Position numbers and translations under genes: made by a program
The notes under the pieces: generated by a model
Seen by the model: the letters and a program-made list of their open reading frames with translations, nothing else
What the model was told of the DNA's origin: nothing
The model's database searches: none
Part shown: positions 40,677 through 55,463 of the stretch, piece after piece
How the letters are laid out: each line of letters begins with the position of its first letter
How positions within the stretch are numbered: position 1 is the first letter of the stretch
Assembly (NCBI GenBank): GCA_964016885.1
Contig: OZ024742.1
Location: forward strand, 85,560,001-85,624,000
DNA length: 64,000 nucleotides
Direction: 5' to 3'
Origin: Eledone cirrhosa
Taxonomy: Eukaryota

Positions 40677-41167
40677 TGTTATGCTTTGGGAGGGTCATGT
40701 TGCCAATAAGAAACACACACACCAGTGTTTCACTCCAATTTATTATGAATTAAATTTATAAATTTCCGGTTGGTTGGTTCCATAACCGGACGGTTTCGTC
40801 ACATATTGTCAAATTTCATTCGTCACACATGCTGTGATCTCTTCAGAGACTGGGGATTATTTTCTTTGTTTTGTGCCTCTCCTTTGTTCTGCCCTACGCC
40901 ATCTTGTTTGGCGCCATCAATATCGCGTAGGATATAACAAAGGAGCGGCACCGCACAAAGAAAATAATCCCCAGTCACGAAGATGTCACATAATGTGTGA
41001 CGGAATAACTTTGAGAATATATGAACAACCGTCCGGTTATGGGACCAAACAACCAACCGGAAATTTATACATTTTTAAATTTATAAATTTCATTTATAAT
41101 AAATTGGAGTGAAAGTAACTGGTGCGTTTGTTTCTTATTGGCAACATGACCCTCCCAAAGCATAACA
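40677..41167. repeat. fold-back palindrome of PLE terminal repeat (family of 27361-27600), degenerate hammerhead cores
   Basis: TGTTATGCTTTGGGAGGGTCATGTTGCCAATAAGAAAC… versus …GTTTCTTATTGGCAACATGACCCTCCCAAAGCATAACA. Confidence 0.9.
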
Positions 41168-41199
41168 ACACACACACACATATATATATATACACACAC

Positions 41200-41230
<31 letters not shown>

Positions 41231-41232
<2 letters not shown>

Positions 41233-41414
41233 ACGAAGGAAATGTGGTAAGGAACCAGGTGGACCATAACGCACCAAAGTACTAAATACTTGAGGTAGTA
41301 GAGTGGGTAATAGGAACCAGTAAGACCCCGACAGCTGAGCTCAAGCCGTTTCGATGAGTCCAGAATTAGCCGTCGAAACGGCTTGAGCTCAGCTGTCGGG
41401 GTCTTACTGGTTTC

Positions 41415-41415
<1 letters not shown>
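41231..41415. repeat. asymmetric hairpin element (family of 50805-51090) in (TA)n
   Basis: 41314-41354 is the reverse complement of 41373-41414. The loop holds GATGAG…GTCGAAAC. Confidence 0.85.
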
Positions 41416-41445
<30 letters not shown>

Positions 41446-41478
41446 TTATATGTATGTATATATATATTTATATGTATG

Positions 41479-41510
<32 letters not shown>

Positions 41511-41535
41511 CATGTATATATAGTTATATGTACGA

Positions 41536-42319
<784 letters not shown>

Positions 42320-42697
42320 TGGAATTGGAAATTACACGAAAAGTATCTGTCATTCTTGTTTTCCTTCTTTTATTCGTCAAAGTGACATTATTGAAAAATG
42401 AGAGGAACATTTTTTTGTTTTAAAGGAATTTTATAATGGATATCATTAGATATTTAAAATATAACAGCTTTTGATGTATCAGTGAAATTTATCTTATCAA
42501 ATGTTGAATACTATAATTAAAAAGTATTAAACAGAATTAGAAATGAAAGATTTCAAATTAAGTGTTAATGTTGGTTTGTTCATCTTTCTCATTGAGAAGG
42601 CTAGATGCAATCTTCAGAAAGAAAGAGATACCATCTTCAGAAAGAGAGAGAGCGAACTGGATGGAGAGTGAGACCGAGAAAGAGAGATAGAAGCGTA

Positions 42698-42700
<3 letters not shown>

Positions 42701-42792
<92 letters not shown>
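42701..42792. repeat. (GA)n microsatellite
   Basis: Directly visible. Confidence 0.95.
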
Positions 42793-42794
<2 letters not shown>

Positions 42795-44483
42795 TCAATA
42801 ATACCAATATTGTGGATAATCTCTCAGTAAACACTCAGTAAACACTGAAATGTCAAAAATACCATATAAGTGGATAATCTCTCGGTAAACACCCTGAATC
42901 AAGGCCAGCCTGTGCTCTTGAATCCTGAAAAATTAAATCCTACTCAAACTCCAAATTCGACAAATTGAGCCCTCAGCACTCCTCTTCCCAAACTCGGCAT
43001 ATGTAACCAGACGGCAAAACCCATCCAATTGGGACGATATACGTTATCAAGCTACTGCTGTCATATTACGTAGATTCTATATATTTAAACAAAAGCTATC
43101 ATTATCTCTAGCAACTACGACTCCATTAAGCCTATGCTACATCCTCCCACCTTACATCTCGACTCTATATATGATACTATATTAATCTATAATATATTGT
43201 GAAACAAAAACAAGTAACGCACAAATAGAACTCTATACAGGAATGGATGTCTCTTGTAAAGGAAAAATAATATGAGTGTGTGCATTTCTAACTATTCTGA
43301 AATAAAGAAATATTTAATAAATGTATCCTTACTGCAAATCTGTATTAATAAGCCAGAATGCTTTAAGAAAATTTACAAATACATATATAAATGGAACTTC
43401 GCCTCACCGTCTGATTAAGTGTACCGTCTGCACCCAAACAATGGATTAAGACACTTAGTGTACATTGAATTTGTTAATAGAATTGGAATTAGATGTCGAG
43501 GAAAGTCATATCATTTAAATGTTTAGGTGACATATTCAAATATAATCCGATAGTCCCTAAAGTGATATAACACAAAGGAGGAGGTGGCAGTGACTCCAAT
43601 TCACTGAGCTATAACACTTAGGGTAAACCTAACATTCATCACAGCATGTATTATCATTCTGTTAACAGTTAATTTATATTCAAATGATACAGGAAGTACC
43701 CAGTTTGACGCGGAATACGATGATTCAAAAAGCAACCAAATTACAACATGAGACAGCAAGTATAATTTGTCAGGTTTTACATTCAATCTACAGTCATGAT
43801 TAATCCCTGCATTCGAATATATTTGTGCATCATTGTGTTCGCAATTAAATGTCACATTTCCGCATCCATAGAGCAAAATTCAATTACGACGGCATCACTC
43901 TAGTTTGTACTACAGAAAAGCGGCCTCAATAAATTTGGGATTGATTTAATCATATATTTGTCAATTATATACAACTTCATTACTGCACGAACCTGATTTT
44001 ATATATATTTAGAAGTTAAATATAAATCTGCAATTATCATGATTGAGTTCCTCTTCTATGCTCTAAGATGTTTTGAATTTATATATTCATGAATTGGATA
44101 GTGTTCATATTCGACTCCATAGCTTCTTTAGATTTTTTCTACAATAATTATTATAATTTCTGTGCGTTTCTGTATACATTACAATTATTCCATCTATATT
44201 TATATATTTAAATCAATTATAAATTTTATCTTAATTTTAATATATCTTCGAACAATATAAATCATGAGAAACTATTTAATATGAGTGTCGTATTATACAC
44301 TAGGACTTTAAAGTATCAAACGACAATCCAATAATATTGTTTGAGATTTGAGATCTTTAAATAATGTTTTAAATGCATCCATATCCAGTCGCTATAATAC
44401 GAATGGAAAAGTTAGATAAAACATCTAAATATGAGGTGAATAGCTCCTAGAAGAATGCCAATAACAAAACCAATAAAAGCAAC

Positions 44484-44572
44484 GTTGCTTTGAATTATGT
44501 TGCTTTGAATTATGTTCTTGGAATTATGTTGCTTTGAATTATGTTCTTTATGTTGCTTTGAATTATGTTCTT
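44484..44572. repeat. 15-bp minisatellite (GTTGCTTTGAATTAT)n
   Basis: About 5-6 imperfect copies visible. Confidence 0.85.
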
Positions 44573-46779
44573 CTACACAATGTCTTCGCAACACTTCCTC
44601 TAAACGGAGTGCATTTTCCTCGCGTGAATTTCTTAACCCGGGCGTATAACTACCACAAAACCTACTTTGTAGAAGATCTATCCTTATAAATTTCCCTTAT
44701 CAATGGTTCATGTTATTTTCTTGGCTGACATTCCAAATGAACATTACCGAATTTGTTAGTAGGATCTTGAAAGTACGTTAACATGTATATTCTCTGACTT
44801 CCCTTCCGATCATAATGTAAGAAGAAAAAACGCCTCAGTTAATTATATAAGATAAATAATTATAAAAGAGAATTATAAGCCTCAATTAATTGTATAGGAA
44901 TTGAACACATAGTATCTCTTTTTATGCTGTGAAATATGTATACATTATTTGTCCAATGGAGATGAATGGGGAATGGTTCAAGGTAGTTATACTTAATCTA
45001 TACATAAAATAATTAACTGAATATCAAAATTAACCCCAAAGGATAAACAACGCCTAACATTCGTAACAGTTGCCGGTGACATTTGAATCTTCGTCGTTAA
45101 GTCATCTCAAAATATATGTACATGAAACAAAGTACAACCTTTTTATAATTTTTCAAAATAAAAAATAAAAATGCATTATATTTTCGGCAATTTTTTTGAT
45201 ATTTTAATTAATATATTTAGCAATTTGTATATCAATAATTTTACTGGCAATGTTAGAACTAAGTTGCGTGTCTGAAGGAAGGAAAAAGAAAACTAAATGT
45301 AATGGATGAACGTTACACGTTTTATTTTCTCTAGTATCCGATACTGGTTAAGTATCAGAAAAGATTAGAGGAAGCAGAATCTGACAGCTCCATGACAACT
45401 TCCTCGAGAAAATTATCACGACAGTATATTTAATTATGTTATCTTCTAAGTCCCGTGAGAAAAAAAAAAGAATCTTTAGAGTTTCGTGTATTTTAACATC
45501 TATGTCAATTGCTAGAGTATTTTTAAAGTGTTTAGTTCGATTCTCAGTGGCTCGTTCTCTAATGTATGTTTTTCAAGTTGTTTTATTCCATCTAAATGTA
45601 ATTAAACGTACTAACCTTTTCACTAATTGTGTCACTTTGGATCTGCTTGTAAAATACGTTAAGGGTACATTTCTTAGTGCAATGCTCAGGTAGTTGCATA
45701 TTAATTTGATAAAGAACGTGTTCCGCTTTTCGAACACATGGCGCACTCGTCGTCATTTTCAATAGAACATTTTCCCCCAAAATCACAGAAATCACACAAT
45801 TTCATGAGGAAAAACAATTTTTATATTGATGGAAATGAATTTCTAATTCATAAGCATTTTATGGATGTCCACACATCTCTAGAAGAATGTGCATTTTGAA
45901 TATAGAATCGTTCTAGAAAACAATAGTGTCGTAATATTTTCATTGGTTAAGTCATAAATGTTGAATTGGGATATTCAATGGATTATATGAAATAATGCGC
46001 ATTCCAATACTTTGAGAAGTGCTATGGTTTGGCAGATATTAATAATCATCATGCACGTTGGAAACATTATTGACGTTCTTTTAGCAATGATGCATTGAGA
46101 GCTGAATTATAAATTTAGATCAATTTATCACATTCTACAAATCTACTTCAAAAGTGATGGCCAGCTTCACAATAATTTCGTACAATATTGTGAAAACTGA
46201 TGTAATATTGATAGCAATATTAACATTTTATTTTTTATCGTAAATATCAATTTTGTTCCATCAAATGTCCGCCCAGGAATGTGTTGAACATTGATGTTGT
46301 TAGTGATTGGAAATGAGGGATTGGAATAATGGAATTTACTGGAAATACAAAAGTATTAGGCTCTTCCACCATCATTGCAAATCCTACAGTCTTAAACCCG
46401 CTCACTAACAGACAAAGAGGAATTGAATGAATTTTCCGTTATATACCATATGTCGGCTAAACTTGAAACAAGCAACTTCTTACCTCATAGATATTATATT
46501 CATCCGTATGAGGATGATGTTTTAGACTTACATAACCATTACATAATAACAGATTCCTTAAAATGTAGCTTATGGATGTTATATGATAACATAAGTGTCA
46601 AATTACTTCTGAGCACTACGGGTCGCATGTAGCGTTGTACAGCGTGTTGCATAGTCGGGTCGTGGGTGGCTAATCCGGCAACCCGACCGTGAAGATATAC
46701 GTGCTTACGAAAGAAAAACCCGAAAAGGAGTGAAAGAGCTAAATATAATCAACGAAATCAGTAAAAATTGAAAATATAC

Positions 46780-46868
<89 letters not shown>

Positions 46869-47003
46869 TGGGTGGGTGGATGTTGGTGTATGTGTGTGTG
46901 TATTTCCATTTTATGTATATATATAAATGTAATCTCATTTTTAAAGCCATGTCATTAGAATGAACCAGTCATTCCTGCTCTTGTGTTGGCATGTAAACAG
47001 AAT

Positions 47004-47045
47004 TGCAGACACTAATGTTTCTGGGTATCACCCTTCATCAGTACA
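47004..47045 (-). ncRNA. minimal type I hammerhead motif
   Basis: TGTA-CTGATGA-A-GGGT gat ACCC-A-GAAACA ttag TGTC^TGCA. Confidence 0.75.
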
Positions 47046-47104
47046 GCTCACTGTTCAACTGCCATCTGTCAGAGCTAGTGAACATATATGCTATTTTATA
47101 AAAT

Positions 47105-47470
47105 ATAGCTTCAGATAGGTCTGTATGTTTAGATGCGTAGATAAGAGCCTTATTAAGGAAACTAGGAATAATAGAGGAGTAGTAATTTGTAATATCCATT
47201 TGAATGAATTTTTTGTTGTTTTAATTTTATGTTATTGAACCAATCTATAACTTCGTTAGTAGCGTTCCATAGTTTCAGGTGACAATTCTTTAAGTTTTTG
47301 GTATAATTCTATCTTATATATGTTTGCTTATTATGCCTGAGTCTGATTTAGATAGTGCTATGTGTGAGACTGGTTAATTTTCGGTTTTCTAGGTATATAG
47401 GGTTCAGTCCTATTTTGGATACATAATTTATGAATAATTTTGTAAGCTTCTCTATTTAACGTTGAAAGGT
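47105..47470 (-). pseudogene. PLE reverse transcriptase N-terminal fragment
   Basis: IQNRTEPYIPRKPK…KSDSGIISK…LWNATNEVIDWFNNI…FIQMDITNYYSSI…LNKALIYASKHTDL, homologous to ORF 59442-60326. Confidence 0.82.
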
Positions 47471-49379
47471 CTTCGTGTGTGTGTATACATAATACAATGA
47501 AAATAACAGGGCAGATTCCAATATATTCCTTTCACTATCCACGATGACATAATATGTATGCCTATGGAAGGAATAAGTCATTAGGCCAAGCGCCATGGTA
47601 ATTGGTGACGTTATCCGATATAATGATCATAATTGTGTAACAGCAAGCAATTTCATTGAAATCCATACATACATGTAAATATTACAAATAATACTTTTCA
47701 ACCATCAAGCATTTGAGAATTCCATATATATGTTATATTTGGAAGTCACTAAAGGTAGTTCTTCGTCTATAATATATTTGATGTCCGCGTTGGCGTCAAT
47801 TAGGGACTTTTCTACAAATTGCTCCTTATTAGGTTTTATGCAGTGAGCTTCCTTTCCTTTCTCATAATCGAAATACCCTTTATGTCACACTTCTTTCTCT
47901 TTCTCATTCAATCTGTTTCCCCTCTCCCAGTGCCGGCGTTTGCCTAAACAGATTCATCAATTCCTTCATATTTGGCTTTTCACTTTTGTGATATCAATAC
48001 AACCGGAAATTCAATACAGCTTTTCGACTTCACTTCTCAGTTCATTCCTTGAGGTTATTCTTTGCCTGGCGTTGCATATGCTTTACTGCATGTTTGATAA
48101 AGATGAAAGTGATTTAGACATGTATATATTATGATAATTGCATTAAGCGTCTACATGATTTTAAGACAAGTACAAAAATTAATAGGATTTGAACCAGTCC
48201 CTAAAGGCCAGATATGTTACATTCGTATGGAAATTTTAATTTATTATTTATTCATTTTTCATCTGATGAAGTAAAACTATATTTATAGAATATATATGTC
48301 TGATTTATCAGAAGTTGCGCAACATATGTAAAAATGTAACATATCAGAACACTATAACCAATACGTTAGATGCAGCTGAAGATCCATAATTTACGATGTT
48401 CAATATAGCAAGTTAAGCATAATACTCATGATGATAATGTATTAGAAATCCCATTTGAACACGCATGTTTTTTTAAAAGGAAAATCGATATAATCAGTAC
48501 TTTTGGATGAGGGTTTTGTCAAATATTTTGTGAGATTTTCCGCGAAAACCATCTAGAAATTAGTCAAATTTGAAATTTTAACATGCATAATAAAATGAAT
48601 AAATGCATTTATTTCAGTACCAGAGAAAACAAGGTGTCATTCAAAATCCTCAATCAACATATATACTTACTCTAAACGATTTAATAAAAACAATTTCATA
48701 TATATTTTGATAGGTACTTAGGAAATGGGAAATTATGTAAGATAATTACAGGGTCAAAGTTGTAATGAACAATATGAATTCAAATCTAACTCGCACACGG
48801 TAACAGATAAAATGGTATATTAAATCTAGGGACACCCAAACACAATTACGACTTCTCCTACACATTTCAATCTCATTGTCACCAGCCCTGCTCAGTGTAA
48901 CTCAGGTATTAGCATATTATGTCGGAAATCAAGGTCTCGTTATGTATATGTGATTGCAAATGTGCCAGAATCTAAGTTATAATAAACAAGGAACAACACG
49001 AGTTAATATGTTAATATTATACTGCCGTGAAGGAAGTTGCTTGAGTAAGTACAGATGTCGAGATGTTTTGCCATACACATAACATTCGCAAGAAACTTAA
49101 ATATTCCTCCCCACTTGACATATAATGTGAAGTTTAAAATAATTCAACATCGCCCTTTATAATTGTTGATAATTTTATTTACATTGATAAATATTTTACA
49201 TTGTTCAATAACATACAAAAAAAAAAAAAATTCCCGCGTTAATGTGATTAACACGACCTTGTAAGTATCAACACAGTATTATTTGCTAACCACCTACCAC
49301 TGAAAACTGCAAGTTGAGTTGCATGTCTCAAAACCAACCTGTATTAATGAATCTTCGTATGCATGACGTATATTTTAAA

Positions 49380-50284
49380 TTTGAATGTAACCTGGTTCCT
49401 CTCTGCGTGTTTATCTAGGTCGACAATTCAGATAACGAATTTGAAGTCTGTGCATGCCCTCGTTTGGAAGTGGGGACAATATGGTAGTAACCTATGGAAA
49501 ATGTTATAAACATTGTAGAGTGGTTCAGCGTTACTAGGCACCGACTCACAGAAATGCGAATTATCCTGTTCTGCTGTCAATTGCAATAGATGCCTCCGAG
49601 GTGATTAGGAGAAGAGTTTTGGCATGTCTACGTAAAACTCATGAGGCATAATATACAAATCACCTCGTACATCTACCATGACTTCCCCAAACTTGGCTGT
49701 TGCTTTCAGCTTTTTTGAAGAGTCTGCATCGTTCGCCGATTGTTGGGGAATATCGGAAAGGTAGGAATTGAAGTGTAACACCATGTCCCACACCACGAAC
49801 AGTCATGCAAATTGCTGGTGAAAAGCTGTACACTTCTGCGTGGAATCGTACAGCACGTGCTCATCTCATTCCGTCAAAAACCGATTTGGGGTTTTGTGGC
49901 ATCTTTGCGCATCCACCATAAGTAACCATCAAAGATCTTTCGATCACTCGTTTTTTAGAGCATTCAGGTTAGCTCTGACAATAGAGCTTTCGTGTTTCGC
50001 ATTGAAGGAATGATCTAGTGCCATTCTTGAAGCCATCATGTTAATTGCAATCGCCTCTAACCACTGTCAGGGCGTAGACGACCACTGCTCTGAGTGCACA
50101 ACCTTCGCTATTACTCACGTCCTGGACCACAAACATTGCCATCTTATTCTAAGACGATCATAAACACTTGGATGTTTCAGTTTGCGTGCGTCGTAAATGC
50201 TTGTCTCGCTAGCAGCAGTCACACACATAGCATAATGACCTGAGGTCGTTCAGCAATAGAACTTTTTTTCCGGGACGACCCCAT
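49380..50284 (-). mobile_element. degraded mariner-like DNA transposon
   Basis: VLHFN…QQSANDADSSKKLKATAKFGEVMV resembles mariner 'WVHH…QQSxEW…PKKxK…SAGKVM'. TIR-like TA-TGGGGTCGTCCCGGAAAAAAAGTTC at the right end. Confidence 0.55.
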
Positions 50285-50351
50285 AGCCCCGAACATTTAT
50301 GCATCACTCTTTCTCATAATCAATGTTGACCAGTTAGTTAAAAAACAAAAA

Positions 50352-50685
50352 GTGACCACAGTAATTAATGGGGTTTCCTTTGGCTACTTTTTTAAGAGCC
50401 TGCTGACAGTTCTCACATTTGGGATTCCCGTGTCTTGCGGGCTGATATGTCTAATGGTTTTATACGTTCCTGGTGATGTTCACACCATCATGAGCTTATG
50501 TGGAACAATAAGTGTGGTGGTTGCAAAGATGCCCTCCCCCTCTATCTCTCTCTCAATCTCTTTGCTTGGTGTTTTGATGGCCATCGGTTATTCCTTGCTA
50601 CATCTTAATAGCACCAAGTTTGCTGTATGTATTGTTGATTGCGATGGTTGCGAATGTTTTTATGTATTTTGTTTTGCTTTTCTGG
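50352..50685 (-). pseudogene. possible PLE RT fragment
   Basis: Minus-strand …PKETPLITV resembles the PLE RT motif preceding 'DVxSLYTNIP'. Adjacent to a PLE-type palindrome. Confidence 0.4.
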
Positions 50686-51204
50686 TATTGGAGGTAGTGG
50701 CGGTGATTTTGTTGTGGCGTCTGTTTTTGTTTTTGTGGTATCTATATTTCCATATGTGTGTGTGTGTGGGTGTGTATGTGTATGAATATGAATTTATATA
50801 TATAACGGAGGAATTGTGGTAAGGAACCATATGGACCATAACGCACCAGAGTACTCAATACTTAGGGTAGTAGAGTGGGTAATAGGAGAAAGCATGACCC
50901 CGACGGCAGAGCTCAAGCCGTTTCGACGGCTATTTCTGGGCTAAAGTCTTTAGTCCAGAAATAGCCGTCTAAACGGCTTGAGCTCTGCTGTCGGGGTCAT
51001 GCTTTCTCCTATTACCCACTCTACTACCCTAAGTATTGAGTACTCTGGTGCGTTATGGTCTATATGGTTCCTTACCACAATTCCTCCGTTATATATATAA
51101 ATACATATTCATACACACATGCACACACACGCAGACATGAAAATATAGATACCACCAAAACAAAAACAGACGCCATAACAAAACCATCACCACTACCTCC
51201 AATA
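50686..51204. repeat. near-perfect ~520 bp palindrome
   Basis: Arms are reverse complements around ~50945 with almost no spacer (CTGGGCTAAAG-T-CTTTAGTCCAG). Confidence 0.93.
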
Positions 51205-51399
51205 TACTTTCTCCTATATATATATATTCTTTAATCTGTAACTTATAATTAATCTGGTATGTTAACCGGCTTAAGAATGTATAGAGTGAGTTAATTTGCC
51301 CTAGTATCAGGAAGAAACTCGGCATATAACGGAAACAATACTGAAGGAATCGGAAAAACAATAAAAACAATAATAATAATGATAATGATAATAACAATA

Positions 51400-51498
51400 A
51401 TAATTGTTTCTACCTATGGCACAAGGTCAGCAATTATCCCAGTACATTACTGGTTCTTTATTTTATCGACCCCCGTAAGGATGAAAGGCAAAGTTAAC
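51400..51498 (-). mobile_element. 5'-truncated SINE embedded in (AAT/AAC)n
   Basis: Reverse complement of GTTAACTTTGCCTTTCATCCTTACGGGGGTCGATAAAATAAAG…CCTTGTGCC…GTAGAAACAATTATT. Confidence 0.8.
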
Positions 51499-53699
51499 AA
51501 TAATAATAACGATACTAATAACAATAATACTAAAGGTAACAATAACATTTTAAAAGAAACATGCAATATTATTTTGTATACATTCTACAAACCAATCTTC
51601 ATGTTTAAGTCCTCACACTTTTGGCTTCTCCTTCAAGAAATACAATCTTTATGATAATACAGATATCAGCATGATAATACTTATATATTTATGATAATAC
51701 AGCTATTGTCTGAGATTATTTGACCTGCTCATTTTCAGTGCAACATCTTTGTATGCTTTGTTGTTGTTTTAAAGCAAAAAAGAAACAACATTTGTATTCA
51801 TGCTAAACTTATCGATATTGTCAAGAACGTCAACATTTATTAATAGTATTATTATATAAATCGGAATATGTGCATTATATAATAAACACATTCTTCTATT
51901 TGATAAGCTATAGTGTTCTCCGCATAATAATCATTTCAGTATTGGTGATAAAATAAGTATAATACTTTGTTCTGCATCTCTGCACATAAACTCATCGAAA
52001 TAGAGATAACTGTGAAGGTAACGGGTATTTTGTCATGTCAGGTTAGTATAGGTTGTTATAAAATTTAAATAGTCTCCAGTTCACTAATTCCCGCCCTGAG
52101 GGAAAAGTCTAAAATGAATCTAATTCTATATTAGCAATCTATCGATTTTGCTTATTCTAATATTATGGTTTCTGAATCTGTCTAGCTATTTCATTATTGA
52201 TGGAGATACATCTTAAATATTAATGCGTAAGTATGTGATTACTTACGCGTACGCTATCTTGCGCTCACTGTTTTCCTGATTTTTAAACACATACATGGGT
52301 GTTTATACATATGCACACACTCAAATATGTATCTACAAATTTCAAGATTCAAAATATATTTATAGAGACATATATTATTAGAGAAACACAGTATTTTATA
52401 CATAAATATAGAAAGCATAAAATACTTATGAAATGTTATATTCCTTACGACCGCAGTTTCACAGTCCCTAGGTCCATATTCTAAATCGATATACGCAATC
52501 CTTCATCGCTTATCAACCATTGACTTTGGTATAGCCCCGGAAGACGTGGGATTAATCGTGTGAGGATATCGTCTTGTTATAAGTTCCAATAAAATAACAA
52601 ATAGCTTGATATATGCCATGGTTTGACAAGTAGTGTGAAGAAGTTTGAGTGGTGTGAATTAATTTTTAAAAGTGGTGGTTTATATAAATAGAACTGGACA
52701 TCGCATCCACCAGAATTATGTGCGATGTACCAGTCACAGCACAAGCAACTTAAGAAATTATGGATTTGGAGCAGATATATACAAATTTAAAGTATAAAAA
52801 ACATCATATGTATGATAACATATTTCTCAGTAAATATAACCACTCACCGTTTGGGAAGACAAGCATATTCAAGTTCGACAAACTGTGATGTAACATTTCA
52901 GTTTTCCTTTGAAGGTGAACATTGGAGTGGGAAGGAAGTGCCGTTTCCCAGGACCTTTGCTGAAAGTTGTATGAGAGTGGCGAGTAAGGAACACGTGAAC
53001 GAACCTGCACTGAGTATACACCTAGCAATTAGAGAATTAGAGAAGGACAACTGTGGGAGTGTATTTTACACAGGGATAACTGTGGCTTTTTTGGTATATT
53101 GTTTCTACAAAATATTCTTGGAAATCTATACTGCATCGGTGATTTTTTATTTCTTTAAATATTTGTTATTTTTATGAAATATAATTTACACACAAACCCA
53201 CATCATACCGCTGTGGACAATTCTGGGGAAAAAATAAATAGAATAACAAAACCAGTAAAAGATTAACAACAACAATAACAAGACAAATATCATTTCATAC
53301 ATCACATTCCTTAGAAAACAGACTTTTAATTTGATCAAGTCTAACAAATTATATTTGTGTTCGTGAAAGCACTAGTAATTGTTCCCCGTGAGCTACTGGA
53401 AAAACAGGTATAAAATTCGGAACACTGATTATATATAGTCTGATTATATAGTTATTCAAGTACTGAACATGTGGCCCATATAAAAAGAACAAGGCATATT
53501 AACAAAACCAAAATCTTTCTCAATTTTAGGCTCTTGCGATAAAACTTTCTTGCTTCTCGCTTTACAACGAAGAGGTTGTACTATATAGAAGGCCAAAGGA
53601 GGACTGTGTGGCTGGGTATACTGGGTCATCAACCGTGTCATGCCATCTGCTTTATATTGTTCTGTATTGTCCTTAAAGTCACGGATATAATTCTAGGGT

Positions 53700-54940
53700 T
53701 AAAAAGATGTTACAAAGAAAGTTGACCTGGTATAAAGCTGGATATCCTACCTCAGGTGAAGCTACAACACATATAGATAGAGATAAAAGTAAGGGTATAA
53801 TCGCAACACATGCCATATTTGTGGGACCAGGAAATGATTAAGAGTATAATTGCCCTCAACGTAAGATACATGAATGACCTCTACGCTCAAATCTTTGACC
53901 TCCTAAACAGGAACTAAATTGAATGAGTGTCAAATTTGCAGCAGCAACATCTGGAAGTGAAGATGAGGACTACGTCACAGATATGATAACAAATAAATAT
54001 AAAATACAGAAACCATCTTACCTCATGTACCAAAGGCGGGAAAACACTTATCACCAACAATTGCAAAAGCCTTCCACCCTACGTATGTTCATACATAAAG
54101 AGCCACATGTTTAAATTTAATGAGTAAATTTACATCCAGGATGAGGGACCAGCCATTAGCCTCAGTATAGCTGGCGATGTTGCCAACCTGTTTATAGTAC
54201 GGTTGGAAAGAAGACTCAGAGAACTCCTAGAAGCGTTTCCCATAGCGCTCCTCAATTACTCTCTTTACGTAGATATCAATATATTAATAAAAGAAACCCA
54301 CAAGTGTGTAACAATAAACCCGAATTAGAAACTAACACTATGGAGAGCATATAACAGATAGCTAACTCCATATAACAGCGCATAACAGTAACTATCGGCT
54401 ACTCTTCCAAACAAACTAACAATAGACTACCATTATAATACGCTGATATCTGGTGAAACACTATAGACGAGAAAACACAAATTCTCCATTCACAGTATGC
54501 TAACCCATCGCCGCCGAATACCTTATACAGGAACACTCTGCGATGTCCAATTGTGCTAAGTTTAGCATTCTGATCCCAGACTTAGTAAGAATGATTAAGA
54601 ATGTGTGCCGCATGTGTGATCCAACAGAACTAGAAAGACACATACAACATTTCATCAATCGCATGTAGTTCTCTGGCTACAACCAACAAGATAGGACCAG
54701 GCTGTAGAAAGGAGTCACAGAGAAATATAACACCCTCATAGGGATATGAAAGGTATTTTCCCATTGTACAGGAGCAGATCATGGAATAGCATATATAAAA
54801 CTTAACATGAGATAGGGAAAACCAATTCATGGTGCAACAAGCAGAGATACCAACGTGTCATGTTCATTGATGCAACCCCAGAAGGTGAATTAGCTAATCA
54901 ATTTAGAAAGACACATTTAAAAAATAAAGTCCATAAAGAT
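53700..54940 (+). pseudogene. degraded PLE reverse transcriptase
   Basis: IKSHMFKFNE*IYIQDEGPAISLSIAGDVANLFIVRLERRL…YSLYVD and a downstream SAMSNCAKFSIL…DLVRM thumb-like segment. Confidence 0.7.
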
Positions 54941-55411
54941 TCCAAAGATTTTCATTTGCAATATAACTTTTTAAAATGTTTGTAATTTTGACAAACAAAT
55001 TGAGTGGTACAACTGCCGGTCATATAATTGTGTGACTGAACATTTTAATTGGCAATACTTTTCAGGTTTCGATCACACCAGATAGAAGTAGGTGTATATA
55101 TATATATTTCTTGTTTTGCCAAATAGAATGTAGAATGCATGTAGAAGTAGCCATGGAGCTCTGGGTGTTGTTAAATCAACCTTCGTCTTCGTTGTGCTAA
55201 AAGAACCGCTCGTCTCAGATTGTTTTCTTTAATATTTTACGGTCAATTGAATACAAAGAAATATTTGATATAAAAAATAAACGATTGTATTGTAGTTGTA
55301 AGTGTGCCCCATTGTCTTTACCTGGTAACCAATAATTTTAGATCCAGTCCACCAATGTACACACACAAGCACACATTTGGTGGCATACAAATAAACACTC
55401 ACACACATATG

Positions 55412-55463
<52 letters not shown>

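Noticed and set aside
43601-43876. 91-aa ORF in unique-looking sequence
   Set aside because: No motif, and the length is compatible with chance.
44484-44572. Short repeats resembling a CRISPR array
   Set aside because: Contiguous tandem units without unique spacers, eukaryotic context and no cas genes.
46615-46715. CpG-rich hairpin GTCGGGTCG…CAACCCGAC
   Set aside because: Could not be fitted to tRNA, HDV-like or hammerhead folds by eye, and it is single-copy in the window.
52812-53177. 121-aa ORF, possible host exon
   Set aside because: No recognisable domain, no convincing splice context and no neighbouring exons.
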